This document shows positions 23,256 to 32,400 of a stretch of 53,949 nucleotides of DNA, one piece after another (position 1 is the first letter of the stretch; every line of letters begins with the position of its first letter). Under the pieces are notes generated by a model that ran no database searches, was not told the DNA's origin, and saw only the letters and a list, made by a program, of their open reading frames with translations. Both the position numbers and the translations under genes were made by a program. Origin of the DNA: an uncultured Gammaproteobacteria bacterium (lineage in GTDB: Bacteria; Patescibacteriota; Patescibacteriia; UBA9934; GWF2-40-263); contig CAYHDY010000001.1 in NCBI GenBank assembly GCA_964355525.1, forward strand, positions 1 to 53,949, given 5' to 3'.

Positions 23256-24013
23256 TTGGAATTTTTGACTCTGGAGTCGGAGGTTTAAACGTTGCTTCCG
23301 CGATTCGGAAACATGCACCGCGTGCAGATTTTGTGTACTTTGGAGATTTGGCAAATGCTCCGTTTGGTCCAAAATCATCCGATGAATTATTTGGAATCAC
23401 TCTTCGTGCCATGCAATTTTTGCGTGAGCAAGGTGCAGATGAAATCGTTGCAGCATGTAACAGTGTTTCCGTTTCTGTCATTCGTCCGCTCATGGATGCC
23501 TTTGGAATTCAAGGGACGAAGGTGATCGAAATGGTCGGACCGGCTGCGCGCGCTCTCGCATACCAACATCCAAAAAAGATCTTAGTGATTGCGACAGAAG
23601 CGACCGTGCGATCCGGGATGTATGAACAGACATTTCATCGTCATGCCTTGAAACCAACAATGATGGCAATTCCGGATCTTGCGAGCGCGATTGAACAGGG
23701 GAAACCTCTCACCGATATTCAACAGATGATTGCTCCGGTCGTAGATCGTATCGTCGCAGAACAATTCGACACGCTTGTGTTTGGATGTACACATTATCCG
23801 TTTGTGCGAGACGTATTTGATTCCGCACTTCTTTCTTGCGGAGTACACGTGAATTTATTTGATCCATCGGATGCGGTTGCAATGGATGTTGTTTCTTCTT
23901 TTTTTGTTCAAGGACATGGCGCACAAACATTTTTTGTTTCGAAACCATCCGATGTTTTTGATCATCATGTGCGATCTTTTTTTGGATCCTCACAATCCAT
24001 TCAGATTGTTTAA
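23252..24013 (+). CDS. murI: Glutamate racemase
   Basis: IGIFDSGVGGL, ACNSVS and FGCTHYP. ATGA overlap with the upstream gene. Confidence 0.9.
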   Translation: MIGIFDSGVGGLNVASAIRKHAPRADFVYFGDLANAPFGPKSSDELFGITLRAMQFLREQGADEIVAACNSVSVSVIRPLMDAFGIQGTKVIEMVGPAARALAYQHPKKILVIATEATVRSGMYEQTFHRHALKPTMMAIPDLASAIEQGKPLTDIQQMIAPVVDRIVAEQFDTLVFGCTHYPFVRDVFDSALLSCGVHVNLFDPSDAVAMDVVSSFFVQGHGAQTFFVSKPSDVFDHHVRSFFGSSQSIQIV

Positions 24014-24034
24014 CCTCACGTGTGGATACTTTAC

Positions 24035-24063
24035 TTGACTAAAGTATTTCAATCCTGTATCCT
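24035..24063 (+). promoter_or_regulatory. Promoter TTGACT-17-TATCCT placing the TSS on the ATG at 24070 (leaderless)
   Basis: TTGACT at 24035-24040 and TATCCT at 24058-24063. The ATG starts 7 nt after the -10 element. Confidence 0.45.
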
Positions 24064-24069
24064 TCCTGT

Positions 24070-24381
24070 ATGAACCTGAATACTCGCGATATCACCGATT
24101 TGTTTGAGACGATTCTTTCACTCGTTTCGCTTCCCGAAGCGAAAGCATTTTTTCGGGATTTGCTGACAGAAACAGAGATTCGCGAGTTTAGTCTTCGTTT
24201 TAAAGCGGCACGCATGCTCGAACTCGGCATCCCGTATGTCGAGATTCAAAAACAAACAGGATTAAGTTCAACAACCGTCGCTCGTATTTCTAAATGGCTC
24301 ACTTCCGGTATGAAAGGATATAAAATCATGATCAATCGCAGCGCACATACACACCCTTCAACCAAGAAGGTGCGGTCTTAA
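24070..24381 (+). CDS. TrpR-like YerC/YecD family DNA-binding protein
   Basis: FFRDLLTETEIREFSLRFKAARML and QKQTGLSSTTVARISKWL (HTH motif). Size 103 aa. Confidence 0.75.
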   Translation: MNLNTRDITDLFETILSLVSLPEAKAFFRDLLTETEIREFSLRFKAARMLELGIPYVEIQKQTGLSSTTVARISKWLTSGMKGYKIMINRSAHTHPSTKKVRS

Positions 24382-24402
24382 CGTTTCATTTTTCGAAGCA
24401 AG

Positions 24403-24432
24403 ACACCCTTCTCGGTTGAAGGGTGTTTTTTT
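24403..24432 (+). terminator. Intrinsic terminator
   Basis: acaccctt-ctcggttg-aagggtgt followed by tttttt. Confidence 0.65.
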
Positions 24433-24450
24433 AATTTTAATTCCCTACGC

Positions 24451-24486
24451 TCCCTCCCCATGGACACAGGGGGAGTCGGAGGGGGA
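24451..24486. repeat. Palindromic element family C, intergenic copy
   Basis: tccctcccc-atggacaca-gggggag-tcgg-aggggga. Same architecture as 6921-6956. Confidence 0.65.
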
Positions 24487-24496
24487 CGTGAATCAT

Positions 24497-25183
24497 ATGA
24501 AAAAGAAAATTTTATTTATCGGAGCAACACATGGAGACGAACCGATCGGTGTTCGTACGCTTGAATCGTTGGAGAAAAGACGAACGGACTTTGATTGGAT
24601 TGTGGGAAATGTTCCAGCATTTGAGCGTGGAACGCGCTGTTTCGAAGGCGACTTAAATCGCAGTGCACCCGGAAACATCGAAGCGACAACCTATACATCT
24701 CGTCGCGCTGCGGAAATTCTCGTGCAGTCGAAACGATACGATGTCACCATCGATTTGCACGGCGCGATTCAGAACACGGGAATCTTTTTAATCGTTACGA
24801 ATCCAAAAAAAGAAAATGTGGCGCTTGCAAAAACATTGGACGTGCGTCGTGTCGTCGTGTGGCCGAGTTTTTCTCCGGAGCTTTCGGGGCCAATGAGTGA
24901 ATTCTTTCCGTGCGGATTCGAGATCGAATGCGGACCGAAGAATGATCCGAATGTGCAAGCGGAACTCGAGTGTGTCCTTGCGAATTTTCTCGATGGAGTT
25001 TCGTTGAGTGAACCGCAAGAGTGGTTCGAAGTGTATGGTGCACTTCGTGAATCGACGGATATCACATTGAAAGAATTCGAAGAAGCAATCGTGAACGGGG
25101 AAACATTTTTTCCGTTGCTTGTCGGAACGTATACGGAAATGAATGGAGTGGTCTGTTACAAAATGCGTTGCACTTCGAAATAA
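24497..25183 (+). CDS. AstE/AspA (succinylglutamate desuccinylase/aspartoacylase)-like zinc carboxypeptidase-fold protein
   Basis: ILFIGATHGDEPIG (H-x-x-E zinc motif), DLNR and DLHG. Start trimmed to MKKKILF, past the repeat element. Confidence 0.6.
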   Translation: MKKKILFIGATHGDEPIGVRTLESLEKRRTDFDWIVGNVPAFERGTRCFEGDLNRSAPGNIEATTYTSRRAAEILVQSKRYDVTIDLHGAIQNTGIFLIVTNPKKENVALAKTLDVRRVVVWPSFSPELSGPMSEFFPCGFEIECGPKNDPNVQAELECVLANFLDGVSLSEPQEWFEVYGALRESTDITLKEFEEAIVNGETFFPLLVGTYTEMNGVVCYKMRCTSK

Positions 25184-25251
25184 TTGTGAATTCCTCTCTC
25201 GCGTTTTATTGACGCGAGCATGGAGCGCGCAACAGCTCCCGCAGGTGTGTC

Positions 25252-25836
25252 ATGAACATTCGCCGGTTTCGAATGAGGGACATGAAAGAAACGATCACAC
25301 TCTATCAAAAGTGTTTCGCCGAGGCGCCGTGGTTCGAAGTGTTTGACCCGAAAGAACTGAGCGATGATTTTTGGGTGAAAATGAGAGATTCGACGGGAGT
25401 TTTTCTCGTGTGCGAACGTGACGGAAAGATTGTCGGGGGAGCGATCGGGTTCGATCTTGTCTGCAAAGAAGATGTTCGGATGCGTCTCATCGATTATTCA
25501 ATCGATCATCACTCCTTCGAGATTTCGACGGGGCATGCGTTCTACATCGCCGAGTTGTTCGTCGATTCGTCCTTGCGCGGACAGGGAATTGCGAAACGGA
25601 TGGCTGGAGTGTGTTTGGAATTTGCGCGTGACAATGGATATCGCATGGCGGTCGTCCGCACGTCGCTCGAGCAAACGATCATCCAGCATCTCTTCATCGA
25701 CGGATTCGGTTTCAAGCCCGTTGCGCGTCAGGCGATCCTCGCAACGAAGTGCATCGATGGTGTGACCGAGGAATTGGCGTATACGAGTGTCATCATGGCC
25801 GGAGCGATCGCTTCGAAATCCATGTGCGAACACTGA
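25252..25836 (+). CDS. GNAT family N-acetyltransferase
   Basis: Acetyl-CoA motif LFVDSSLRGQGIAKRM. Confidence 0.75.
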   Translation: MNIRRFRMRDMKETITLYQKCFAEAPWFEVFDPKELSDDFWVKMRDSTGVFLVCERDGKIVGGAIGFDLVCKEDVRMRLIDYSIDHHSFEISTGHAFYIAELFVDSSLRGQGIAKRMAGVCLEFARDNGYRMAVVRTSLEQTIIQHLFIDGFGFKPVARQAILATKCIDGVTEELAYTSVIMAGAIASKSMCEH

Positions 25837-25842
25837 TCTCTT

Positions 25843-25873
25843 ACAGACACAACTTTATGTGTCTGTTTTTTTG
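25843..25873 (+). terminator. Intrinsic terminator
   Basis: acagacac-aactttat-gtgtctgt followed by ttttttt. Confidence 0.65.
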
Positions 25874-25988
25874 TTAGTACTATTTTTTTTGCGAACAACC
25901 CTCCGTAGCCGTAGCGAAGGACGGGTATGAATCGATTTAGTAGCAAAAAGACCCGAATCGACGTATACTGACGCAAACGTTGAATTCT

Positions 25989-26402
25989 ATGAAATATCGC
26001 CAAGAAGAGAATCGGAATCCATGGATGATCGTGCGGCACCTTGCGTCCGCGCCGTTTATTTACGCGCAAATCATCCCGCTCGTTGTGTTCGATGTGTTTC
26101 TCGAAGTGTATCATCGCATTTGTTTTCCATTATACGGATTGCCATGCATTCGACGTCGGGATTATATTCGCATCGATCGTCAAAAGCTGTCGTACTTGCG
26201 ATGGTATGAAAAAATTAATTGCATGTATTGCGGGTATGCAAACGGATGGATGCATTACGCGTCGACGATTGCAGGCGAGACGGAAAAATATTGGTGCGGG
26301 ATCATGCACAAAAAAGACAACGGATTCAAACCGTCGAAACACCATAAAGATTTTTTGCCGTATGGTGATGAAAAAGCGTTTGATGAATTCGTAAACAAAT
26401 AA
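25989..26402 (+). CDS. Hypothetical membrane protein with Cys/His-rich segment (CMYCGYANGWMHY...YWCGIMH)
   Basis: ORF with one hydrophobic helix and a putative metal-binding pattern. No family assigned. Confidence 0.5.
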   Translation: MKYRQEENRNPWMIVRHLASAPFIYAQIIPLVVFDVFLEVYHRICFPLYGLPCIRRRDYIRIDRQKLSYLRWYEKINCMYCGYANGWMHYASTIAGETEKYWCGIMHKKDNGFKPSKHHKDFLPYGDEKAFDEFVNK

Positions 26403-26403
26403 T

Positions 26404-26703
26404 ATGGATCGAGAAAAACCTCCGTATGTTCCGCCGATGAGCGGGGAAGAAGCGTTCGCCATGTTTGGTGATCGTCGTTTGCTTACGCTTGAAGAGCAAC
26501 TTGTGCGACTGCAACATCAAATGAAAGATCTGACGAATCGTATTGCAGAAGCGGAATCGAATCCAGATCAGGATCCAGAAGAAACAGAAAAGATGCGATT
26601 GGAATGGAACGTTGTTCATGAAATGATGAAGGAACACAATAAAATTATTCGTAGATCGCAAAAAGAATTCGGAGAAAAACGCGGACCGGTCACCTTGCAT
26701 TAA
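26404..26703 (+). CDS. Hypothetical coiled-coil protein (99 aa)
   Basis: Its start directly follows the previous stop codon. Charged helical sequence. Confidence 0.45.
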   Translation: MDREKPPYVPPMSGEEAFAMFGDRRLLTLEEQLVRLQHQMKDLTNRIAEAESNPDQDPEETEKMRLEWNVVHEMMKEHNKIIRRSQKEFGEKRGPVTLH

Positions 26704-26712
26704 TTTTTTGCT

Positions 26713-28011
26713 ATGGATGTATTCAAGATCACGGGAGGGAAACCTCTTCGCGGAGAAATTGCTGTGTCTGGTGCAAAGAATGCTGCATCAAAAATGATGA
26801 TTGCAAGTTTGCTCACGGCAGATCCGGTTATTCTTAAAAATGTTCCTCGACAACAAGAGACCGCCATCACGGAAGAAATCATTACCGATGTCGGCGCAAA
26901 GCCCATCTGGTTGGATGAACATACGCTCTCGACGCAAACGTCCGAAATTATTTCCACGAACGTTTCTTCTCTCACCAGAAAAAATCGCATCAGCATTCTT
27001 GCACTCGCGCCGATGTTGCATCGCCGGGGTGAAGCATTCGTTCCCCGTGTCGGCGGAGATTTGATCGGACCGCGTCCGACGAATTTTCATATTGATGCGC
27101 TTCGAAAAATGGGAGCGTTGATCGAAGAAACGAATGAAGGCTATCGCGCGACCGTGAAGAATCGATTGAAAGGTGCATTGATCGAATTACCATATCCATC
27201 TGTCGGTGCAACAGAGACAGCGATTCTTGCAGGTGTTCTTGCAGATGGTCGGACAACGATTCGCAATGCGGCCGGCGAGCCGGAAGTGAAAGCGCTCATC
27301 ATGATGTTGCAAAACATGGGGGCGATCATTCAAGTTAATTCCGGAAGATCGATTGAAATTTTCGGCGTGGAAAAATTGCATGGCACAACCGCAACGGTGA
27401 TGCCAGATCGCATCGAAGCGGCATCATATGGATCGATGGCGATCGGAACGCGTGGGGAAATTTTTGTGCGCGGCGCGCAACATCAACAGATGATGACGTT
27501 CCTGAACGCGGTGCGTCGCATCGGTGGAGAATACGAAGTACGCGAAGACGGAATTTTGTTTCGAGGAACTCGTCCGCTTAAAGGTATTGAACTTGAAACG
27601 GAACCGCATCCTGGATTTATGACAGACTGGCAACAACCATTCGTTGTCGTGTTGACTCAAGCCGAGGGAACATCCGTTGTACACGAAACAGTTTACGAAG
27701 AACGATTCGGGTATACGGAGGCGTTGAAAAAAATGGGTGCGGACATTACCTTGTTTTCGAACTGTCTTGGTGAAACGGAATGTCGATTCAAAGGTCAAAA
27801 TTATAAACACTCCGCCGTCATCAACGGTCCGAAACAATTGCACGCGGCGGATGTGGAAGTTCCGGACATTCGCGCCGGTCTCGCATTCGTTGTTGCCGCG
27901 CTTGTTGCGGATGGTGTTTCGACATTGTCCGGAATCGAACATCTTGATCGCGGATACGAAAATTTGGAAGCGAAGTTAAAAGGAGTCGGTGCGGATATTA
28001 AACGCGAATAA
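26713..28011 (+). CDS. murA: UDP-N-acetylglucosamine 1-carboxyvinyltransferase
   Basis: ITGGKPLRGEIAVSGAKNAA, RPTNFHIDALRKMGA and DIRAGLAFVVAAL. Size 432 aa. Confidence 0.9.
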   Translation: MDVFKITGGKPLRGEIAVSGAKNAASKMMIASLLTADPVILKNVPRQQETAITEEIITDVGAKPIWLDEHTLSTQTSEIISTNVSSLTRKNRISILALAPMLHRRGEAFVPRVGGDLIGPRPTNFHIDALRKMGALIEETNEGYRATVKNRLKGALIELPYPSVGATETAILAGVLADGRTTIRNAAGEPEVKALIMMLQNMGAIIQVNSGRSIEIFGVEKLHGTTATVMPDRIEAASYGSMAIGTRGEIFVRGAQHQQMMTFLNAVRRIGGEYEVREDGILFRGTRPLKGIELETEPHPGFMTDWQQPFVVVLTQAEGTSVVHETVYEERFGYTEALKKMGADITLFSNCLGETECRFKGQNYKHSAVINGPKQLHAADVEVPDIRAGLAFVVAALVADGVSTLSGIEHLDRGYENLEAKLKGVGADIKRE

Positions 28012-28015
28012 AAAT

Positions 28016-28121
28016 TGCGTCATCCTGAACGAAGGTTGGTGATCTGTCACAACCGAAGCTGAAGGATCTCTGTGCGAATTCGATTCGCCCGAAGATCCTT
28101 CGGCAAGCTCAGGATGACGCA
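28016..28121. repeat. Palindromic element family A, full-length intergenic copy (106 nt)
   Basis: Termini tgcgtcatcctgaacgaagg / ...caagctcaggatgacgca. Internal gaaggatct / agatccttc arms. Confidence 0.8.
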
Positions 28122-28132
28122 TGTAAAAAATT

Positions 28133-28816
28133 ATGTTCCTAACGTTATTATTTTCCTCCCTCCCTCTCGCTCTCGCCTGGATCATCGCGATTCTCTTTTC
28201 GCTTTCCGCACATGAATTTTCGCACGGGCTCATTGCAAAATTTCGCGGCGATCCGACCGCTGAGCGCGAAGGACGATTGACACTTAATCCGCTCGCGCAC
28301 TTGGATCTGTTCGGATTCATTCCGCTTTTGCTTTTCGGATTCGGTTGGGCGAAACCGGTTCCATTTAATCCGTATAATCTAAAAAATCCGAAATGGGATT
28401 CTGTTTTGATCGCGCTTGCAGGACCATTTGCAAACTTGATCATCGCAACCATTTCGGCAATCGCGTTTCGATTTCTTGTTGTGAACGGATCTCTCCCTGC
28501 AGATAATTTGCTCACGGCATTTTTATTTTTTCTCATCCTCCTCAATTTATTTCTCATGCTTTTCAACGTCATCCCGATCGCTCCGCTTGATGGATCAAAA
28601 TTATTCTTTGCGCTCTTCGATGCACCGAAGTATGAAGATCTTCGCCGTTTCGTTGCCATTCGTGGTCCGCAAATTCTGATGTTCGCGGTCCTAATTTCTC
28701 TTTTTACAAACTTTGACATCTTCTTCTTTATCAGTCGACCGGCTTATGCGGTGTGTCACGCACTGTCCGGAACAAGTTGTGAAGCCTATCAAAGTTTGTT
28801 GTTCTCTTCATTGTAA
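28133..28816 (+). CDS. Site-2 protease (peptidase M50) family protein
   Basis: HEFSHGL zinc motif, LNPLAHLD and NLIPIAPLDGSK-like NVIPIAPLDGSK. Multi-pass membrane protein. Confidence 0.85.
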   Translation: MFLTLLFSSLPLALAWIIAILFSLSAHEFSHGLIAKFRGDPTAEREGRLTLNPLAHLDLFGFIPLLLFGFGWAKPVPFNPYNLKNPKWDSVLIALAGPFANLIIATISAIAFRFLVVNGSLPADNLLTAFLFFLILLNLFLMLFNVIPIAPLDGSKLFFALFDAPKYEDLRRFVAIRGPQILMFAVLISLFTNFDIFFFISRPAYAVCHALSGTSCEAYQSLLFSSL

Positions 28817-28892
28817 TTTATAACTGTTTTAACTCGTGATATAATCTTTGAATGATTCAACCTGGTCTTGTATTTACTGGTCGTTTAATTAA

Positions 28893-29225
28893 GTGAAGAA
28901 GTATTATATGATGGAAAATAGGGGATGGATGCCGAGTTCTTTCAAAAAAGTTCTCATGGGACTTGGTGCTATTACGGCGATAACACATGGAGCACACGAA
29001 ATACAAGAAAGAAATGCCGATCAGTGGATGGCAGAACATCCTATTGATAAAGATCCAGATTTTCAAAAATTCCTCGCAAAGGAAATCAAGAGAGAAATTG
29101 AAAATAAGGAAACGGTTGAGGAAAATCCAGATCTTAGAATAAGATCTCTTCTCTACAAATTTTACATGGAAAAAGCACAGTTTTTTGACGAGCAAGCAAA
29201 AAAGTTAAATGCCAAAAAAGAATAA
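28893..29225 (+). CDS. Hypothetical protein (about 105-110 aa) in an AT-rich pocket
   Basis: ORF with one hydrophobic helix. Terminator at 29255-29283. Start uncertain (GTG 28893 or ATG 28908). Confidence 0.4.
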   Translation: MKKYYMMENRGWMPSSFKKVLMGLGAITAITHGAHEIQERNADQWMAEHPIDKDPDFQKFLAKEIKREIENKETVEENPDLRIRSLLYKFYMEKAQFFDEQAKKLNAKKE

Positions 29226-29254
29226 GGTTCTTGTAGATTAGATGAATCAAAAAA

Positions 29255-29283
29255 CTGAACATTACCAATGTTCGGTTTTTTGA
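29255..29283 (+). terminator. Intrinsic terminator
   Basis: ctgaacatt-acc-aatgttcgg followed by tttttt. Confidence 0.6.
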
Positions 29284-29314
29284 TTGAAAAATGCAGAATT
29301 ATCCTTTAAAACAC

Positions 29315-29343
29315 TTGACAAAATCGCATTTTTGTGGTATTGT
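29315..29343 (+). promoter_or_regulatory. Promoter TTGACA-17-TATTGT (with TGg extended -10) for the helicase gene
   Basis: TTGACA at 29315-29320 and TATTGT at 29338-29343. Confidence 0.5.
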
Positions 29344-29423
29344 GCTCCGTCAAAAATAAGGCGAAGTCCGCCTTGTTTTTCGGCGATTGCTCAATACAAT
29401 CGAATGTTCAATGTATGCGTTGC

Positions 29424-29454
29424 GAGGAGATTCTTCGCTGCGTTCAGAATGACA
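29424..29454. repeat. Family A-related right-half fragment (gagattcttcgctgcgttcagaatgaca)
   Basis: Aligns to gagatccttcgggtacctcaggatgacgca of the 14862 copy, with several substitutions. Confidence 0.4.
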
Positions 29455-29476
29455 ATCAAAGAAGGAAGGAGTTGAA

Positions 29477-32400
29477 ATGAAAAACGGAATCACAGTGAAA
29501 AATAATCGCATCTTCGACGAAGTGGGTTGTGACATCACAGATCATGTTCTGTTGATCAATTCGATGTTGCCCGAGGATAAGCGGCACTTGCCGTTCGTCG
29601 ATTCGGGCGTTGAGTTCATCCGCCTTGTTGCGGAGAACCCGGTCATCATTGTCTCCGCCGAACCCGGCACGGGGAAGTCGACCATGGCTCCGCTCGCTCT
29701 GTTGCGTGCAGGATTCGGCGATCGTCGCAGGATTGCGGTGACTGAACCTCGCCGCATGGCCGCGACGCTCCTGTCGCACTGGGTTTCACAATTGAATGAC
29801 TCAGCTCTCGGAGATGATGTCGGCTATCACATCGGAAAAGAACGGGAACTGTCGGATGCGACAAGACTCGTTTACATGACGGAAGGTGTGTTGCTTCGGC
29901 AACTGCAATCCGATCCGATGCTGATGAATTACGACGTCATTGTCGTCGATGAAGCGCACGAACGCGGATTGCTGCAAGATCTGCTGCTCGCGTTTCTGAA
30001 AGAGATACTCGCAAAGCGGTCCGATCTCAAAGTCGTGATTACTTCGGCGACGATCGACGAGGAGAAGTTCTCGATGTTCTTCGACGGCGCTCCGGTGCTC
30101 AAGATTCCCGGACGGATGTTTCCGGTCGATGTGTATTATGCGGAAGTGACGCCGGACGACATGAATGTTGCGGCGGTGATGCAGATTGATGCATTGTTGG
30201 CCGCCGGCGAGCGCGGGGATTTCCTCGTGTTCATGCCGGACCAAGTGTCTATCCAGACCGTGATTCGCGGGCTCGAAAAACAATTGGGGAATCGCGCAAA
30301 AGATCTGCGTATCTTGCCGCTCTACGGCACACAGACCAAGGAAGAACAGTCGGAAGCATTCAAGCGCGACGGACGTCAACGCATCATTGTGGCGACGAAC
30401 ATCGCGGAGACATCGGTGACAATCGACGGCGTTCAATGCGTCATCGATTCGGGTCTCATCAAGGTTTCGGTGCGTGTGGACTCATCGGTGTCCGCATTGC
30501 AAGTGGTCGAACACTCGCGTGCCGGTTGCGATCAGCGCAAAGGGCGTGCGGGACGGACACAAGCCGGAAAGTGCTATCGGCTGTACAGTCAGAAAGATTA
30601 CGAAAATCGAGACGCATTCTTGCTGCCGGAAATTCTGCGCGTCTCGCTTGACCAGACTCTGCTGAATTTGCGGTGCAAGGGTTATCCGATGGAGAACGTG
30701 ATCAAACTCGATCTGCCGGACAAGCCGGAGAAAGAGCAGTGGGTGGAAGCGCAATCGCGTCTGCAATTGCTCGGAGCTCTGACAAAGACGGGGAAGGTTA
30801 CGCAAGACGGCGCAAAGATGGATCGGTTCCACATGGACCCGATGCTCGGGCGCATGATTCTGGAAGGCATCAAGCATGAATGCTTGGACGAAACAGTGAT
30901 CATCGCGGCATGCCTTTCGGTGACGCGGCCCATCTTCGTTCGTCCGACGGCGAAAGCGGAAGAAGCGGACGCGTCGAAACTGCGGTTCAATAAGGATTCT
31001 TCCGACCTGATCGCTCTGTTTTCCGCGTGGGAAGGTTGGTACAAATCGGACATGGATTATCGGTGGGCACACGATAACTTTCTTTCCTCGCGCGCGCTTA
31101 CGCAGGTCGATCGCATCCGCGGCGATCTGCTCGATTACTTCTTTCGTGAGGGGATCGAGATTACGCGCTCGCAAGACATGACGGCCATTCGAAAAGCGGT
31201 TGCTTCCGGGTTGATGATCAATCTTGCGCGGTTGCAGGGTGAGTACAACTACTTCTGCAATGATCGTACGACGTTCATTTATCCGGGTTCGGTCATGATG
31301 AAAGTGGTGCCACCGCTTGCGGTGTGCACGAAGATCGTTCAGTCAAGCAGAGAGGTCGATGGCAAGTACGGAAAAAAGATCATCACCCGATCGTTCATGC
31401 ATGGTGTGCACGCGATCGAGGAGTCGTGGCTTCCGGAACTCGTGCCTGCGGATGCGTGTAAGGTTACGTACACGATCGAGAAAGACTATGATACGCAGCA
31501 ATGCAATCTGGTTACGACTCGCACGTGGAACGGAGTCTTCATCGAGCGGAAATGTTCGAAGACGATTTCGGAAACGGAAATGGCACATGTGAACGCGCTT
31601 ATCGCAAGTCAAATTGCGAATGAGTACGATCAGGTGAGTATGCACGCCCCCTCGCTTCATGTGTTGTGGGAGAAATTGGTTCCGGAAAACGTGCGATACG
31701 CGTACGGAGAGGAACGTCTCACGATGACAGCACCGCTTCGCGAGAAGTTTGCTGCCGCCATCGCAAAGAAAACCGCGGGCTTGTCCACGATCGAACAGGT
31801 GTTCGAAGTGATCGGGGTCATGACCGTGGAAGATGTTCTGATCGGCGAGGAACTCGAGATCTTCAAGACAATGGAAATCGAAAAAGCCAGACAGGAAGCG
31901 GAAAAACGTGCGCGCGAGACGGAACGAGATGCGACGTATCGTGCGACGATGGAAGCGGAAACGGAAGCGCGTCGAAAGAGGAATGAAGTGTATCTTCAAC
32001 AGGAAGCGCTTCGTCAGGCCGAACAGGCTCCGCTTCGCGCAGAACTTGCCGAGCTCAAAGTACGAGAACGCGCATTCCTTGCGGCTGGTAGTTATTCGAA
32101 AGCTTCCGATGTGGAATACAAGTTCAGTTACGGAACAACAGCAGAAATTCAGGCGAGTCTTGACTCGTATCGCTTTCATGTCGAACGGACGGAACGCGAA
32201 AACGAATCGAAGTTCGAGATGGCACGGAAAATCTACGCGGACGTGCTCGAGCAAGTCCCCGTGTGTCCGCTTTGCAGCGGCATATGGAATGACGCGTTCG
32301 TGTGCGACGGCGTGCATGATCTGAATCGTCTGATTGCAAAGGGCACGAAGAGTATGCGGCAATTGATCGAATTTCGAACCAACAAGGACGAGCAGGTCGC

